IMG/VR virus record: IMGVR_UViG_3300021479_000013
Coordinates: 18,400-82,399 of that record
DNA length: 64,000 nt
Source: a virus
Reading direction: 5' to 3' (one strand)
Shown piece by piece: positions 33,221 to 42,698 of the stretch. The notes beneath the pieces are model-generated. The model ran no database searches, was not told the origin of the DNA, and saw nothing but the letters and a program-made list of their open reading frames with translations. The translations under genes and the position numbers were made by a program. Each line of letters begins with the position of its first letter. The stretch's first letter is position 1.

Positions 33221-33517
33221 ATGGCAGGTTCTACCATAAATGGGAATGTTGGGGGAGCAGCAGCATCAGGTGCGCAAGTACAGTGCCTGAACATCCTGAC
33301 CAACGTAACCGTATTCGGCGCTGGCGACGGCTCCGGTAACTACACGATTCCCAGTCTCGCTGCGGGCACTTACGTCATCCGCGCGTTCCTCAATGCCAAC
33401 GTTTACTACCACCCGGTCCAAGTGATCGTCGACGGCGCGGCAACATTCGCGGCTATCAACTTGAATCCTGTAGCGTTGACCGCATCGAACGTTCCCGCGT
33501 GGACTAGCAACTTCTAA
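33221..33517 (+). CDS. Carboxypeptidase-regulatory-like / Ig-like beta-sandwich protein
   Basis: TING.V...GAQV...DGSGNYTIPSLAAGTYVIRA. Confidence 0.7.
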   Translation: MAGSTINGNVGGAAASGAQVQCLNILTNVTVFGAGDGSGNYTIPSLAAGTYVIRAFLNANVYYHPVQVIVDGAATFAAINLNPVALTASNVPAWTSNF

Positions 33518-33606
33518 ATTTAACAACATCCCGAGGCTTAGCGGCCTCGGTCTAGACTGGGGAAGAGCCGATACTCTTCCCTGGTCGATCTTTATCGGAG
33601 GATAAG

Positions 33607-34215
33607 ATGGCAAACGGAAAGTGCAAGTGCGGTGTCGACTATACGTTAGAGAATTCGACTTCAACTGTTTTCAAAAGACAGCAAGGATTCTGTCGCTCGT
33701 GTGACGAGACCTATCAGAAGCAGTATTATTTAGACAGGTCTGAAAGAATTAAAGAAAGGTCTTGCAAATGGGCACGAAAGAATAAAAAGAAGCGACTAGT
33801 GATTGCCATGAAATACTGGGACACTCAGTCAGTTGAGACGCGGGCATCACACAACAAAAAGGTCGTTGCTCAGTATCGCTTAAAGAAATTTGGTATCTCT
33901 CAAGAAGAGTTTGATGCCAAGTTTGAAAGTCAGAAAGGTCTTTGTAGCATATGTGAACAACCTATGCTAGCTGGCGTTCGTAAAAAGATTCCGTGCCAAG
34001 ACCACAATCATGACACTGGTGAACTTCGAGATTTGTTATGCAGCAGTTGTAACCTATTGATAGGTAATTGCTGTGAAGATGAAAAAATTTTGGTAGGTGC
34101 TATTAAGTACTTACGAAAGCACAAAAGCGGTAGTTCGATCAAAACTGCTCTGTGCGGATTGACAGAACTTAATTCTGTACTCTCCGAAAGCGTTTTGTCA
34201 GCGGCTTCCCGTTGA
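33607..34215 (+). CDS. Endonuclease VII family homing endonuclease
   Basis: FGIS..EF.....QKGLCSIC...DHNHDTGELRDLLCSSCN..IG; AT-rich. Confidence 0.88.
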   Translation: MANGKCKCGVDYTLENSTSTVFKRQQGFCRSCDETYQKQYYLDRSERIKERSCKWARKNKKKRLVIAMKYWDTQSVETRASHNKKVVAQYRLKKFGISQEEFDAKFESQKGLCSICEQPMLAGVRKKIPCQDHNHDTGELRDLLCSSCNLLIGNCCEDEKILVGAIKYLRKHKSGSSIKTALCGLTELNSVLSESVLSAASR

Positions 34216-34243
34216 TAAGGCGTATATTAAGAGGTATAATTCC

Positions 34244-34849
34244 TTGAGCAATGTCTTAGACTTTCAAGTTTCAGGCGCGTTTCCGTCTAAAGTTGGCGGA
34301 ACGGGCACCCTTGTCAAGTACTTTCCCCGTCCTATCGGCCCGTCAATCGGCGTAGCACCATCCACGCCGTCTTCGACGAGCGCAGTGGGCGCACTATTCC
34401 TCCCCGCTCAGAACACTCTGAACGGCCAACAGATTTCTGTTCTCGCAACCGGCTCTTTCGGTTCAGACACAGGCGACCCGTCAGGAACAGTAACCGTGAA
34501 ATTGTACGCGGTAACTGGTACCTTGGTTGCTCCGATTTACACCGCACTGGCTTCCACGACCGCATTCGCGCCGACGTTCAACGCTGCTGAGTCTTGGGCT
34601 CTCGCGGGTAACTTCTACGGAGACACCAACTCTGGTGTGTTCGGCGGCGAGTATTCCGCTTATATCCAGGGCGCACTGAACAACACCACCCCGAAGACCT
34701 CGGATAACATCATCTCCGGTTTGAACTTCAACACCGGCAACCCGGCTTTGTCACAGGGCGCAGTTCTGGGCCTCGTGGTCGGCGTGACGTTCGGAACGAG
34801 CGATTCGAGCAACACCGCATCCATGTTCCAATTCACAATCGAAAGCTAG
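34244..34849 (+). CDS. Putative structural beta-sandwich protein
   Basis: Ser/Thr/Gly-rich; TTG start with GAGGT RBS; followed by a terminator. Confidence 0.65.
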   Translation: MSNVLDFQVSGAFPSKVGGTGTLVKYFPRPIGPSIGVAPSTPSSTSAVGALFLPAQNTLNGQQISVLATGSFGSDTGDPSGTVTVKLYAVTGTLVAPIYTALASTTAFAPTFNAAESWALAGNFYGDTNSGVFGGEYSAYIQGALNNTTPKTSDNIISGLNFNTGNPALSQGAVLGLVVGVTFGTSDSSNTASMFQFTIES

Positions 34850-34856
34850 AAACATC

Positions 34857-34883
34857 GGGGCGACTAAATATCGCCCCACTTTT
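34857..34883 (+). terminator. Rho-independent terminator
   Basis: GGGGCGA-loop-TCGCCCC followed by a T run. Confidence 0.7.
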
Positions 34884-35047
34884 TCCCTGTTGGCTGGGAC
34901 GCAAACAAAAGAGCGACCACCACGGGCAATGTGTGGAAATCACGGCACAGGTAGTATAGCCTACCTTTATTTCTTGATATACGAGTAATGTTTGATTGCG
35001 ACCCCCAGCTTCCCCTCCCGTATATCAGATGTTTCCAAAGGTGAAAC

Positions 35048-35314
35048 ATGTTTGACCCAGCGAGTTTAACACTGGGACAGATTTCTTCTGTCGCCAGAGA
35101 TTTTACGATTGTCGGAGTACTTCTCACGAGCGCTTGGAAAATTAGAGGCGTGTATGAGAACGTCAAGAGTTTCTTTTCAAGATTGACGGCCCACATGGAT
35201 ATTATGGAAAATGGGATGAGGACGTTGCTCTCTAATCACCTCCATCATATTGAGAAAGACCTGAAGATACTTTCAGGCCGCAGAGATAACGACGAAACAA
35301 ACTCCACAGAATAA
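35048..35314 (+). CDS. Small membrane protein (holin/antiholin-like)
   Basis: One TM segment plus NHLHHIEKDL tail. Confidence 0.55.
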   Translation: MFDPASLTLGQISSVARDFTIVGVLLTSAWKIRGVYENVKSFFSRLTAHMDIMENGMRTLLSNHLHHIEKDLKILSGRRDNDETNSTE

Positions 35315-35325
35315 GAAGGTGTATC

Positions 35326-35511
35326 ATTTCAGCTGTGTCGAAAGCGCAAAGAATTGCTATGGCAATCGCTGAGCATCATCCTGAGGACCTGAACAAGAAG
35401 AACAAAGGCCTGGCTGATATGACGCACAAGCAACTGCACGAGTTCGCTTCGACTCCTGAGAAAGGCCTACCCTCATATAAGCACGCTCGTAAGGCGCGCA
35501 GAGATGAGTAA
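35326..35511 (+). CDS. DUF3008-like small protein, possible ATT start
   Basis: (M)SAVSKAQRIAMAIAEHHP...MTHKQLHEFAST..KGLP; not in the ORF track. Confidence 0.7.
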   Translation: MSAVSKAQRIAMAIAEHHPEDLNKKNKGLADMTHKQLHEFASTPEKGLPSYKHARKARRDE

Positions 35512-36409
35512 GAACTGGCCCGTAATCATAGATGGACTCAACAGCCTAATCTCCCGGGTCGGCCCTATCTGGCCCAAGAGCACCAAGCTGGCCGGGTTCG
35601 CTTCCGACGGCCCGTATCACTGTGCGGACTGTGAGTATCTGAATGAAGCTGGCAATAGGTGCAAACAAGAAGTTATGATGGCCGACCCCGAAGTCCAGCA
35701 CGATGAGAAAGGCCTGGCAATCATCACCGACGCGGCACACCAGTGCTGTGAGTTCGTAGAGCCCGAAGGCGAGACGGAGCATGAACCGCAGGGCGACAAG
35801 CTGGTCGCGATGTTCATGCGCCACGGTCAAACAGAGTTCAACAAAGAGAAGAGATTTCGCGGGCAGATGGAAATTCCCCTTGACCGCACAGGCGTGCAGC
35901 AGGCATTAGACGCGCGCCGATTCCTGGCAGGCTTCTTAGGCGACAAGCCGTTAGGCAAGTCATACCGAAGCAGCAAGGACCGCACCAGGCAAACCGCCGA
36001 GCTAGTCTTAGGCGACCATACTCAGGTCATTAAAAATTTTGACGCGCTTAACGTCGGCAAGTTCTCAGGTCAGTTGAAGAACGACGAGAACATGAAAGAG
36101 ATCATGCACTACCAGAAGTACCCCGACCAGAAGATTCCAGGTGGGGAGCGCATCAATGACTTTCGCTCCCGAGTGAATCCGGAACTCAAAAAAGTTATCG
36201 AGGAAGGCGAGAAGTCGGGCCATCCCACAATTTCATTTGTTCACAGCTCTACAATTCATCAACTGAGTCACTTGCTCCACGGAGACCATAACTTAATTAA
36301 GGTCCAACCGGGCGGCATCGTCGGGGTGTACAAGCGTCCTAGCGGAAGCTATTACGTGAGGCCACTTCTCAGCGAGAGCACAGGCAAGCAAGACAATTTG
36401 ATGAGTTAA
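35504..36409 (+). CDS. Histidine phosphatase (PGM family) with an N-terminal Cys-rich domain
   Basis: MRHGQT..N...RGQ.EIPL...G..QA, SS..RT.QTA, PGGE, VHS; N-terminal CADC...C...CC. Confidence 0.85.
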   Translation: MSKNWPVIIDGLNSLISRVGPIWPKSTKLAGFASDGPYHCADCEYLNEAGNRCKQEVMMADPEVQHDEKGLAIITDAAHQCCEFVEPEGETEHEPQGDKLVAMFMRHGQTEFNKEKRFRGQMEIPLDRTGVQQALDARRFLAGFLGDKPLGKSYRSSKDRTRQTAELVLGDHTQVIKNFDALNVGKFSGQLKNDENMKEIMHYQKYPDQKIPGGERINDFRSRVNPELKKVIEEGEKSGHPTISFVHSSTIHQLSHLLHGDHNLIKVQPGGIVGVYKRPSGSYYVRPLLSESTGKQDNLMS

Positions 36410-36418
36410 GGATTAGTC

Positions 36419-36682
36419 ATGAAAAAACATCACAAATTTACCCATACCCACGTTGAGCACCACGCAGACGGTTCTCACACAGTTCATCACGTTCACGTCG
36501 AAGGCCCGCACAAAGATGTTAAAGGTGCGACAGCCGATCACGACGGCATGATGGACCACATGATGGACCACACATCTGCCCCCAATCCAGGAGAAGGCAT
36601 GGATGAAGCCAACGCTCCGATGGCAGCACCAGCAGGCGCAGCAGCACCGGGAATCCCGGGCGGCGCACCTCAGGCGGCTTAA
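36419..36682 (+). CDS. His-rich small protein
   Basis: HTHVEHHADGSHTVHHVH. Confidence 0.7.
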   Translation: MKKHHKFTHTHVEHHADGSHTVHHVHVEGPHKDVKGATADHDGMMDHMMDHTSAPNPGEGMDEANAPMAAPAGAAAPGIPGGAPQAA

Positions 36683-36683
36683 G

Positions 36684-36869
36684 ATGGCGGCCAAGACTTC
36701 ATTCTATCGCTCGATGCACAAACTCAGAAAGGGTGGCCTGCACGAGGCATTGAACATTCCTAAGGACCAAAAAATTCCAGCAGACCGTCTAGCGGCTGCT
36801 AAGAACTCTCCCAACGCTCATGTGAAGAAGATGGCCGTGATGGCTGATAACATGAAGCACTGGGGCTAA
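36684..36869 (+). CDS. Small basic phage protein
   Basis: KGGLHEALNIP...KIP..RL motif; ATG 36684. Confidence 0.65.
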   Translation: MAAKTSFYRSMHKLRKGGLHEALNIPKDQKIPADRLAAAKNSPNAHVKKMAVMADNMKHWG

Positions 36870-36870
36870 G

Positions 36871-37149
36871 ATGAACTTTCGTCCAGCCCTCGGTTATCTC
36901 AAGGCCGCTTTCAGTGACAACGGCACGCCAAGTTCGTCTCGGTTGTTGACGCTGCTTCACAGCAGTGTCGCCACGGGCGTACTGATTTTCTACGTCGCGA
37001 AGACTCACCTGATTCCTGACGGGACAGTACTCGCAGGCCTCGGGGCATTCACGACCGCTCACTATCTCGTCAACCGCGCCACCACAGCGTTCGGTAAAGA
37101 CCAGACCACACCAGCACCGGACCCTGCAGTACCAGACGCAAAAATTTAG
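36871..37149 (+). CDS. Putative holin (two TM segments)
   Basis: FSDNG.PSSSRL followed by two hydrophobic helices. Confidence 0.55.
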   Translation: MNFRPALGYLKAAFSDNGTPSSSRLLTLLHSSVATGVLIFYVAKTHLIPDGTVLAGLGAFTTAHYLVNRATTAFGKDQTTPAPDPAVPDAKI

Positions 37150-37210
37150 TAGTCGGCAACAGGGGACAAACAAGGCTCCATTCCTCTCGCCGGATTCCCA
37201 GGTAGCACCC

Positions 37211-37621
37211 ATGAAAATTCTCCAAAAGCTCCCGTACTGGTATCTTCTCGTCGTACCCGTCCTGCTGTTCTGCTTGGGCGTCGTATCAAACCAGGCCGTC
37301 TTGATCGCCAACCACGGGAAGTTCCCCGTGATGTTGAATGCGATTCAGTACGAAAGACACTGCTCCTTGCAGGGGCTAGAGCCAGATGATATCGCTCTTA
37401 TGCCAGCTGACGCGTGTGCGAAGGGCGGTCAGATGATAGACCCAGTTCACAGCGTCATGGGGCCTAATTCGAACCTGAAACTTCTCTCGGACATCTTCCC
37501 AATCGGGCGCAATATTTATAGCCTCGGAGACGGTCTCCTTTATCTGGGTGATTGGCTGCTCTCTTTCACTCCGTACATGTGGCTGGCACTGGTTATCAGA
37601 AAATTATACGCAACCGAATAA
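37211..37621 (+). CDS. DUF5317-like membrane protein
   Basis: N..V.IANHGKFPV...H......L..LSDI......SLGD. Confidence 0.65.
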   Translation: MKILQKLPYWYLLVVPVLLFCLGVVSNQAVLIANHGKFPVMLNAIQYERHCSLQGLEPDDIALMPADACAKGGQMIDPVHSVMGPNSNLKLLSDIFPIGRNIYSLGDGLLYLGDWLLSFTPYMWLALVIRKLYATE

Positions 37622-37628
37622 GGACAAT

Positions 37629-37916
37629 ATGGCAACGACACCTAACGGAATCACGATGGCAAACGACGCGCTCGCTAGCGCGAAGAAGGCTCTGGCAGAC
37701 GCAGGCAGTTCGAGCGTCGGAACGAGGTCGGGACACTCCGGTCTTACACCGTCGAAGCCCGCGACACCCGCAGCATCACCCAGCGATTACTCTCACGCGA
37801 GAGAAGCTAGAAAGTCAGACGACCGCGAGTTCATGGGCGTCAAGGCCGACTCTGGCGCAGAACTAAAGGCAGCTCAAGAGAACCGGGAAGCAGCCAAAAA
37901 AGTACTCAACCAATAA
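37629..37916 (+). CDS. Hypothetical protein
   Basis: AAGGA RBS; directly upstream of the terminase. Confidence 0.6.
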   Translation: MATTPNGITMANDALASAKKALADAGSSSVGTRSGHSGLTPSKPATPAASPSDYSHAREARKSDDREFMGVKADSGAELKAAQENREAAKKVLNQ

Positions 37917-37939
37917 AAACAAAATTTTCGGAGCACCCA

Positions 37940-40165
37940 ATGTCAGAGGAATTTGAACTAGATAAAAAGCCGAAGTCCACCAGCACCGAACGAATGAGAG
38001 CCTTACGCGCCCGCGAAAAGGCGGCAAAGGTCTCAGAGATCGACAAGGCTGATAGGGAGTCGGCGGTCCAAAGGCTCCTCGACGAAGTTGCATCCCTCGA
38101 CAAAGAGGGCAAGAGATTCAAAAGCGAGGCCCGCAGCTACACTCAACTTGTGCGTCTGTATTTCGGCCAGCCCGAAACAGGAGACGCAGATGATGAGGCA
38201 GGCGAGAGCACGGACAAAAAGGGTAAGAAGGACAAACGTCCCAACCCTTCCGAAACTAGGATTCGCATACAGGATTCCAACGTTGACCCCACTAACCGTG
38301 GCAAGGGAAGACGCCGTCGTTCAATCGAAGATATAACCTTCGAGGTCGATGACGTTGTCAGCTTCTGGCGTTGGCTAGACCTCCGAGATCGGTCTCGTAA
38401 AGATTTGTTCTGGCTAGGTCGACTGCTTGGCAAGGGACTATATCGCTCCGTCCACCAGATTACCTGCGACCAGTTCGTAACGAAAAATTTCGGTGGACCG
38501 TGGCTTAACTTAGACGGCACCGTTGACAAGTCTCGTGAGCCTATCGAGTCGATGTATTTTGACGGGTATACACTCGATGACTTTCATGACATGATCGAAG
38601 ACCATCACGCTCACAGAGATCGCGAGATGATGCTTCTTGATAGTCGTGGATTCTACAAGTCAACGATTGACGGGATTGATTCGGTGCAGTGGATGCTCAA
38701 CTGCCCCGACGTTCGCATCCTCATTATCACGGGTGAGTACAAACTCGCCGTAGCGTTCGCACTAGAAATTAAAGGCTACTTCAACCTTTCAGAAGGCCAG
38801 GAGCCAACCGCTTTTCATTTACTGTTTCCAGAATACGTCCTCAGAGGCGTAGACGGAACCTCAAAGGAACCTCTGTTCTGTCCCGCCCGACTTCTAGATC
38901 AGAAGGAGGGTTCGGTCTGGGTTAACTCGATTGTCGCTAACCTCTCAGGTTGGCACTGCGATGTCAAGAAGGGTGATGATATCGTCACCGACGAGAACTC
39001 GAACAGCGAAGAGGCCCGCGAAAAGATTAAGGTCAAGTACGACGGTACCGATGACCTGTTAGACCCTCACGGGTTTATGGACCACATCGGCACCCGGTAC
39101 TTCACAGACGATTGGTATGGCACCCGGCTAGCTCCTAACGCGGAGACAGGCGAGGTTGCACCGATAAAGTATCACAAGCGCGGTTGCTGGACTGTTAAGC
39201 CAGAATATGCCGAGGTACCCATCCTCCTATTGAAGGAAGAGATGGTCACCCTGAATTTCCCCCAACGTTGGGGATTCAATAAACTACGCTCACTGCTTCT
39301 CAAAAAGGGCGAACGATTTTTCCGAAACCAGCAGCTCAACGAGCCATCCGATGCCGCAGAAGACAGCGGCTTCAAGATCAGCTTCACCGAGGCCGACCTT
39401 CGCGCGCACATGTACCAGCGCGAGGCAGCGCCAAAGTCAGGCGACATCTATATCGTTTGGGACTGGGCTCTTTCGGACAAGAAGACATCAGACTATTCAG
39501 TAGGAGTAGTAGCACGACTTTACAAGAACGACGCGAACGAGTGGGCCTTCGTTATCCTAGAGATCGTCTACGATAAGTGGAAGTACACAGAACTCGCATT
39601 TCAAATCGTCGCACTATCAAAGCGTTACGGCCCGAAAGTTACGATGATCGAGGCATCAAACGCATACGACCAACTAAGAGATGAGATCACCCGAGTCGGT
39701 CAACGACAGGGCTATCAACCTTACATCTACTGGAAACAGCCGTCGCGAGAAGAGAACGCGAAGCGCAACCGAATCAAGAGCATTGAAATTCTGCTGGCAC
39801 AACACCGCTTGCACTTTATACTTGGCTCTTGGATAGACGAAACCTTTAAGCAGTTCACGCAGTACACAGGCGAGAAAAAGAACAAAGGCCGAAAGGATGA
39901 TATCCCTGACAGCATTTCTTACCTACTGTACATCCTTCCTTCAGAGGCACGACCGCTAATCGATAAGGTCGACCCAGAAGAAGAAAAGAGATTGGCAGAA
40001 GAGCAGCTGAAACATCAGCGCAAGTCGCAGCAATACGACAGATACTTCGGCCAGCAACTACAGACAAAGACAGAAGCGGGACCGACTATAGTTGAGGTCG
40101 CTCCTCCCAAGCCGCAAGACCCGAGGATGCGAATCTTCGGCAATAAGGGACCGTGGAGATTATGA
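37940..40165 (+). CDS. terL: Terminase large subunit
   Basis: SRGFYKST Walker A, SGWHCD...DDIV Walker B, IGTRY..DD.YG, WDWA......DYS, IEA, KDDIPDS nuclease motifs. Confidence 0.92.
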   Translation: MSEEFELDKKPKSTSTERMRALRAREKAAKVSEIDKADRESAVQRLLDEVASLDKEGKRFKSEARSYTQLVRLYFGQPETGDADDEAGESTDKKGKKDKRPNPSETRIRIQDSNVDPTNRGKGRRRRSIEDITFEVDDVVSFWRWLDLRDRSRKDLFWLGRLLGKGLYRSVHQITCDQFVTKNFGGPWLNLDGTVDKSREPIESMYFDGYTLDDFHDMIEDHHAHRDREMMLLDSRGFYKSTIDGIDSVQWMLNCPDVRILIITGEYKLAVAFALEIKGYFNLSEGQEPTAFHLLFPEYVLRGVDGTSKEPLFCPARLLDQKEGSVWVNSIVANLSGWHCDVKKGDDIVTDENSNSEEAREKIKVKYDGTDDLLDPHGFMDHIGTRYFTDDWYGTRLAPNAETGEVAPIKYHKRGCWTVKPEYAEVPILLLKEEMVTLNFPQRWGFNKLRSLLLKKGERFFRNQQLNEPSDAAEDSGFKISFTEADLRAHMYQREAAPKSGDIYIVWDWALSDKKTSDYSVGVVARLYKNDANEWAFVILEIVYDKWKYTELAFQIVALSKRYGPKVTMIEASNAYDQLRDEITRVGQRQGYQPYIYWKQPSREENAKRNRIKSIEILLAQHRLHFILGSWIDETFKQFTQYTGEKKNKGRKDDIPDSISYLLYILPSEARPLIDKVDPEEEKRLAEEQLKHQRKSQQYDRYFGQQLQTKTEAGPTIVEVAPPKPQDPRMRIFGNKGPWRL

Positions 40166-42267
40166 GCGATATCGATCAGCAGATAGCGGGATTAGAAACG
40201 GAAAAGGCCAACGAGATCACTACGGAAAATACGTACATCGACTCGCAGACTGGGACCGTTCAGTTTAACGACACTGCTGCGATTAACCTCGTTCTCAGTA
40301 ATACGGAACTGGCAGACAATTTCATCAACATCAACCAGTGGGCGAGCGGTTGGACCATGTCCGACCTGTTGTATCAATCGCCCATCTCGACCAGCAACTA
40401 CGACACCGGAACCGACGTAGCAAATTCGGCGGTACCGAAGTTCATGGTCTCAAATCACATCAGCTCCATCGTCCCGAAGCTGATGGGCGGAATCTTCTAC
40501 GAAGACCCGTGCTTCCTCCTTCGCGGAAGTCCAGGCACCACGCCTGAGGTCATCCAAGCTAAGACCGCGATGTTCACGTTCCAACTCAAGGCCATGCGCT
40601 TCGAGGAAGAGATCGAACGCGGGCTAGAGCAGATGGCCCTCCTCGGAACGGCTATCTGGAAGTGGGGATACACCGAGTACAATACGAAAGAAAAGAAGTA
40701 CAAGCGTTACGCGCCGAAGGTACCAGCACCGGACGGAATCGAGACGACCCCGATTGACACGCCGGACTCAGACGACTTCGAGATCGAGTTCTACCCCAAG
40801 ACCGTATCACACCCTTGGATTAAGTTTTGCGATATCCGCACGGTCCTTGTGGACCCAGGCTGTCGCTTCGGAGACATCCGTACAGCGAAGTGGGTTGTCT
40901 ATCGCGACTACGCGACCTACCAAGATTTGAACCGTCTTCGAGGCATCGAAGGCTACAACATCCCGAGCGAAGAAGTCCTCCGCAGGATGTTCGAGAAGGC
41001 AACGTCACCAGGGCCTGACAACATTTCTATGACCATCCCGGAAGGGATGATGGGCTACCTGCAGCACGCGAAGCCCCGTAGCTACAAGACTTCGGCGGAC
41101 CCGAACAGGGCACCCCTGGAACTCTTGGAGCATTGGGATGACGAGAAGGTTATCGTTGTCCTGATTTACAACGGCCACAACATTCTAATTCGCAACGAAG
41201 CCAACCCTTACTCGAAGATTCCTTTCTACTCGGCTAACTGGCGCAATATCCCTGACAGCTTTTACGGACAGGGCCTCGGCATGCTAATCGGCAGCGAGCA
41301 AATCGTGGAGCAGGGTGTAACCAACCTCGCGCTAGATTTGCTGGCTTACTGCTTGCAACCAGTGGCACTACGCAAGAAGGGCTTCAACGCGCTCACACAA
41401 AATACGCGGTGGGAACAAGGCGGCATCATCGACGTCGAAGAAGACGTTGATAAGGCCTTCAAGTTCCTCCAGATGCCTCCAGTTCCAGCGGAAGCGTTCT
41501 CGTTCATCCAGCAGTCACAGTCCGCTGGCGCGGCAACATCAGGCGCTAACGAGCAGGTGGTTCAGGGCGCGGGTCACGCGGGCATCAGCACAACGGGCAT
41601 GAGATCGGGCACGGGCGCGGCGGCGGTTGTCCAAGCCAACGCGAGCCGTCTCGACGGACCAACCGGAAGATTCGTACGCCAAGTATTCGAACCCTGGATG
41701 CACCAGATGGACGAACTCGACAACGATTTGTTGCCGACGTCGGTCATCAAGGAAGTCCTGGGCGAGAAGATCGGCAACGACTTCAAGATGGACCACATCC
41801 TTTACCGCAACGCGAAGATGGAGTACGAAGTTCTCGCGGGAGCAAATCTAGGCGCTAAGAAAGAAATGGCCCAGGCCCTCCCAATCATGATTCAACTTTT
41901 GAACAACCCCACGTTCGTGGCAAACGCCAACGACGCGGGATATCAGTTCGACGCCGTTGCTATCTTCCAAGCGTTCACCGACGCGGCAGGCTGGAAATTC
42001 TCCCAAGCCTTCCTCCGTATTATGACGCCGGAACAGAAACAGAAGCACGACGCGAACAGCCCTGCAGCAATGCAAGCAGCGCAGCAGAAGAACGCGACTG
42101 TAATGCAGCAGCAGAAGTTCGAACAAGAACAGACGATGGAAAACCAGAAGCAACTCGGCAAGGCTGGCAATGAGGCCTTCCGTTCGTCCATAGAAAAATC
42201 AACATCGCCTGAACTATCAGGCGGGCCCGAACAGACACAAGGTTTCGGAGCCACAACCGCATTATAA
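40162..42267 (+). CDS. Portal protein (P22/podovirus-like)
   Basis: About 700 aa right after TerL; GTAIWKWG, VDP, P..FYGQG, helical Gln-rich C-terminal barrel. Confidence 0.88.
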   Translation: MSDIDQQIAGLETEKANEITTENTYIDSQTGTVQFNDTAAINLVLSNTELADNFININQWASGWTMSDLLYQSPISTSNYDTGTDVANSAVPKFMVSNHISSIVPKLMGGIFYEDPCFLLRGSPGTTPEVIQAKTAMFTFQLKAMRFEEEIERGLEQMALLGTAIWKWGYTEYNTKEKKYKRYAPKVPAPDGIETTPIDTPDSDDFEIEFYPKTVSHPWIKFCDIRTVLVDPGCRFGDIRTAKWVVYRDYATYQDLNRLRGIEGYNIPSEEVLRRMFEKATSPGPDNISMTIPEGMMGYLQHAKPRSYKTSADPNRAPLELLEHWDDEKVIVVLIYNGHNILIRNEANPYSKIPFYSANWRNIPDSFYGQGLGMLIGSEQIVEQGVTNLALDLLAYCLQPVALRKKGFNALTQNTRWEQGGIIDVEEDVDKAFKFLQMPPVPAEAFSFIQQSQSAGAATSGANEQVVQGAGHAGISTTGMRSGTGAAAVVQANASRLDGPTGRFVRQVFEPWMHQMDELDNDLLPTSVIKEVLGEKIGNDFKMDHILYRNAKMEYEVLAGANLGAKKEMAQALPIMIQLLNNPTFVANANDAGYQFDAVAIFQAFTDAAGWKFSQAFLRIMTPEQKQKHDANSPAAMQAAQQKNATVMQQQKFEQEQTMENQKQLGKAGNEAFRSSIEKSTSPELSGGPEQTQGFGATTAL

Positions 42268-42311
42268 CAATACGGGGCCGGGGAAACTCGGCCACCGACT
42301 AGGATGGCCCA

Positions 42312-42677
42312 ATGTCAGAAGAATCTAGGAAAGTGTTAGGGGAAACCCTGACGTTCGAAGAGCGCTTGTCGCTCGCGCAGCTCGTGAATCAACCCGGATG
42401 GAAAATCTTGGTACGTCTGATGGCAGAGTCTTGTCGAAAGGCGACCGAGGAAGTCATCAGGTTGAACCCGAGCGTTGAACGCTACCCGGAACAACTAGCC
42501 GGGCTGCAGACAACGGCGCGCGCTATGAACAAGTTCTCCGCAGAGGTGCTTGACTCGGTCAAGCTACACCAGCGCACGGCAGTAGCAGAAGCACAGCAAA
42601 GAGAGACGCCGGAACTGTCTATACAGCAGAAGCCGCGATTTCAAATGCCGAAATCTCCCGTAGAGGGAACGAAGTAA
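42312..42677 (+). CDS. Small helical head-associated protein
   Basis: L..L...PGWKIL motif; lies between portal and scaffold. Confidence 0.65.
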   Translation: MSEESRKVLGETLTFEERLSLAQLVNQPGWKILVRLMAESCRKATEEVIRLNPSVERYPEQLAGLQTTARAMNKFSAEVLDSVKLHQRTAVAEAQQRETPELSIQQKPRFQMPKSPVEGTK

Positions 42678-42698
42678 AATCAATATAAGGAACTCCCA

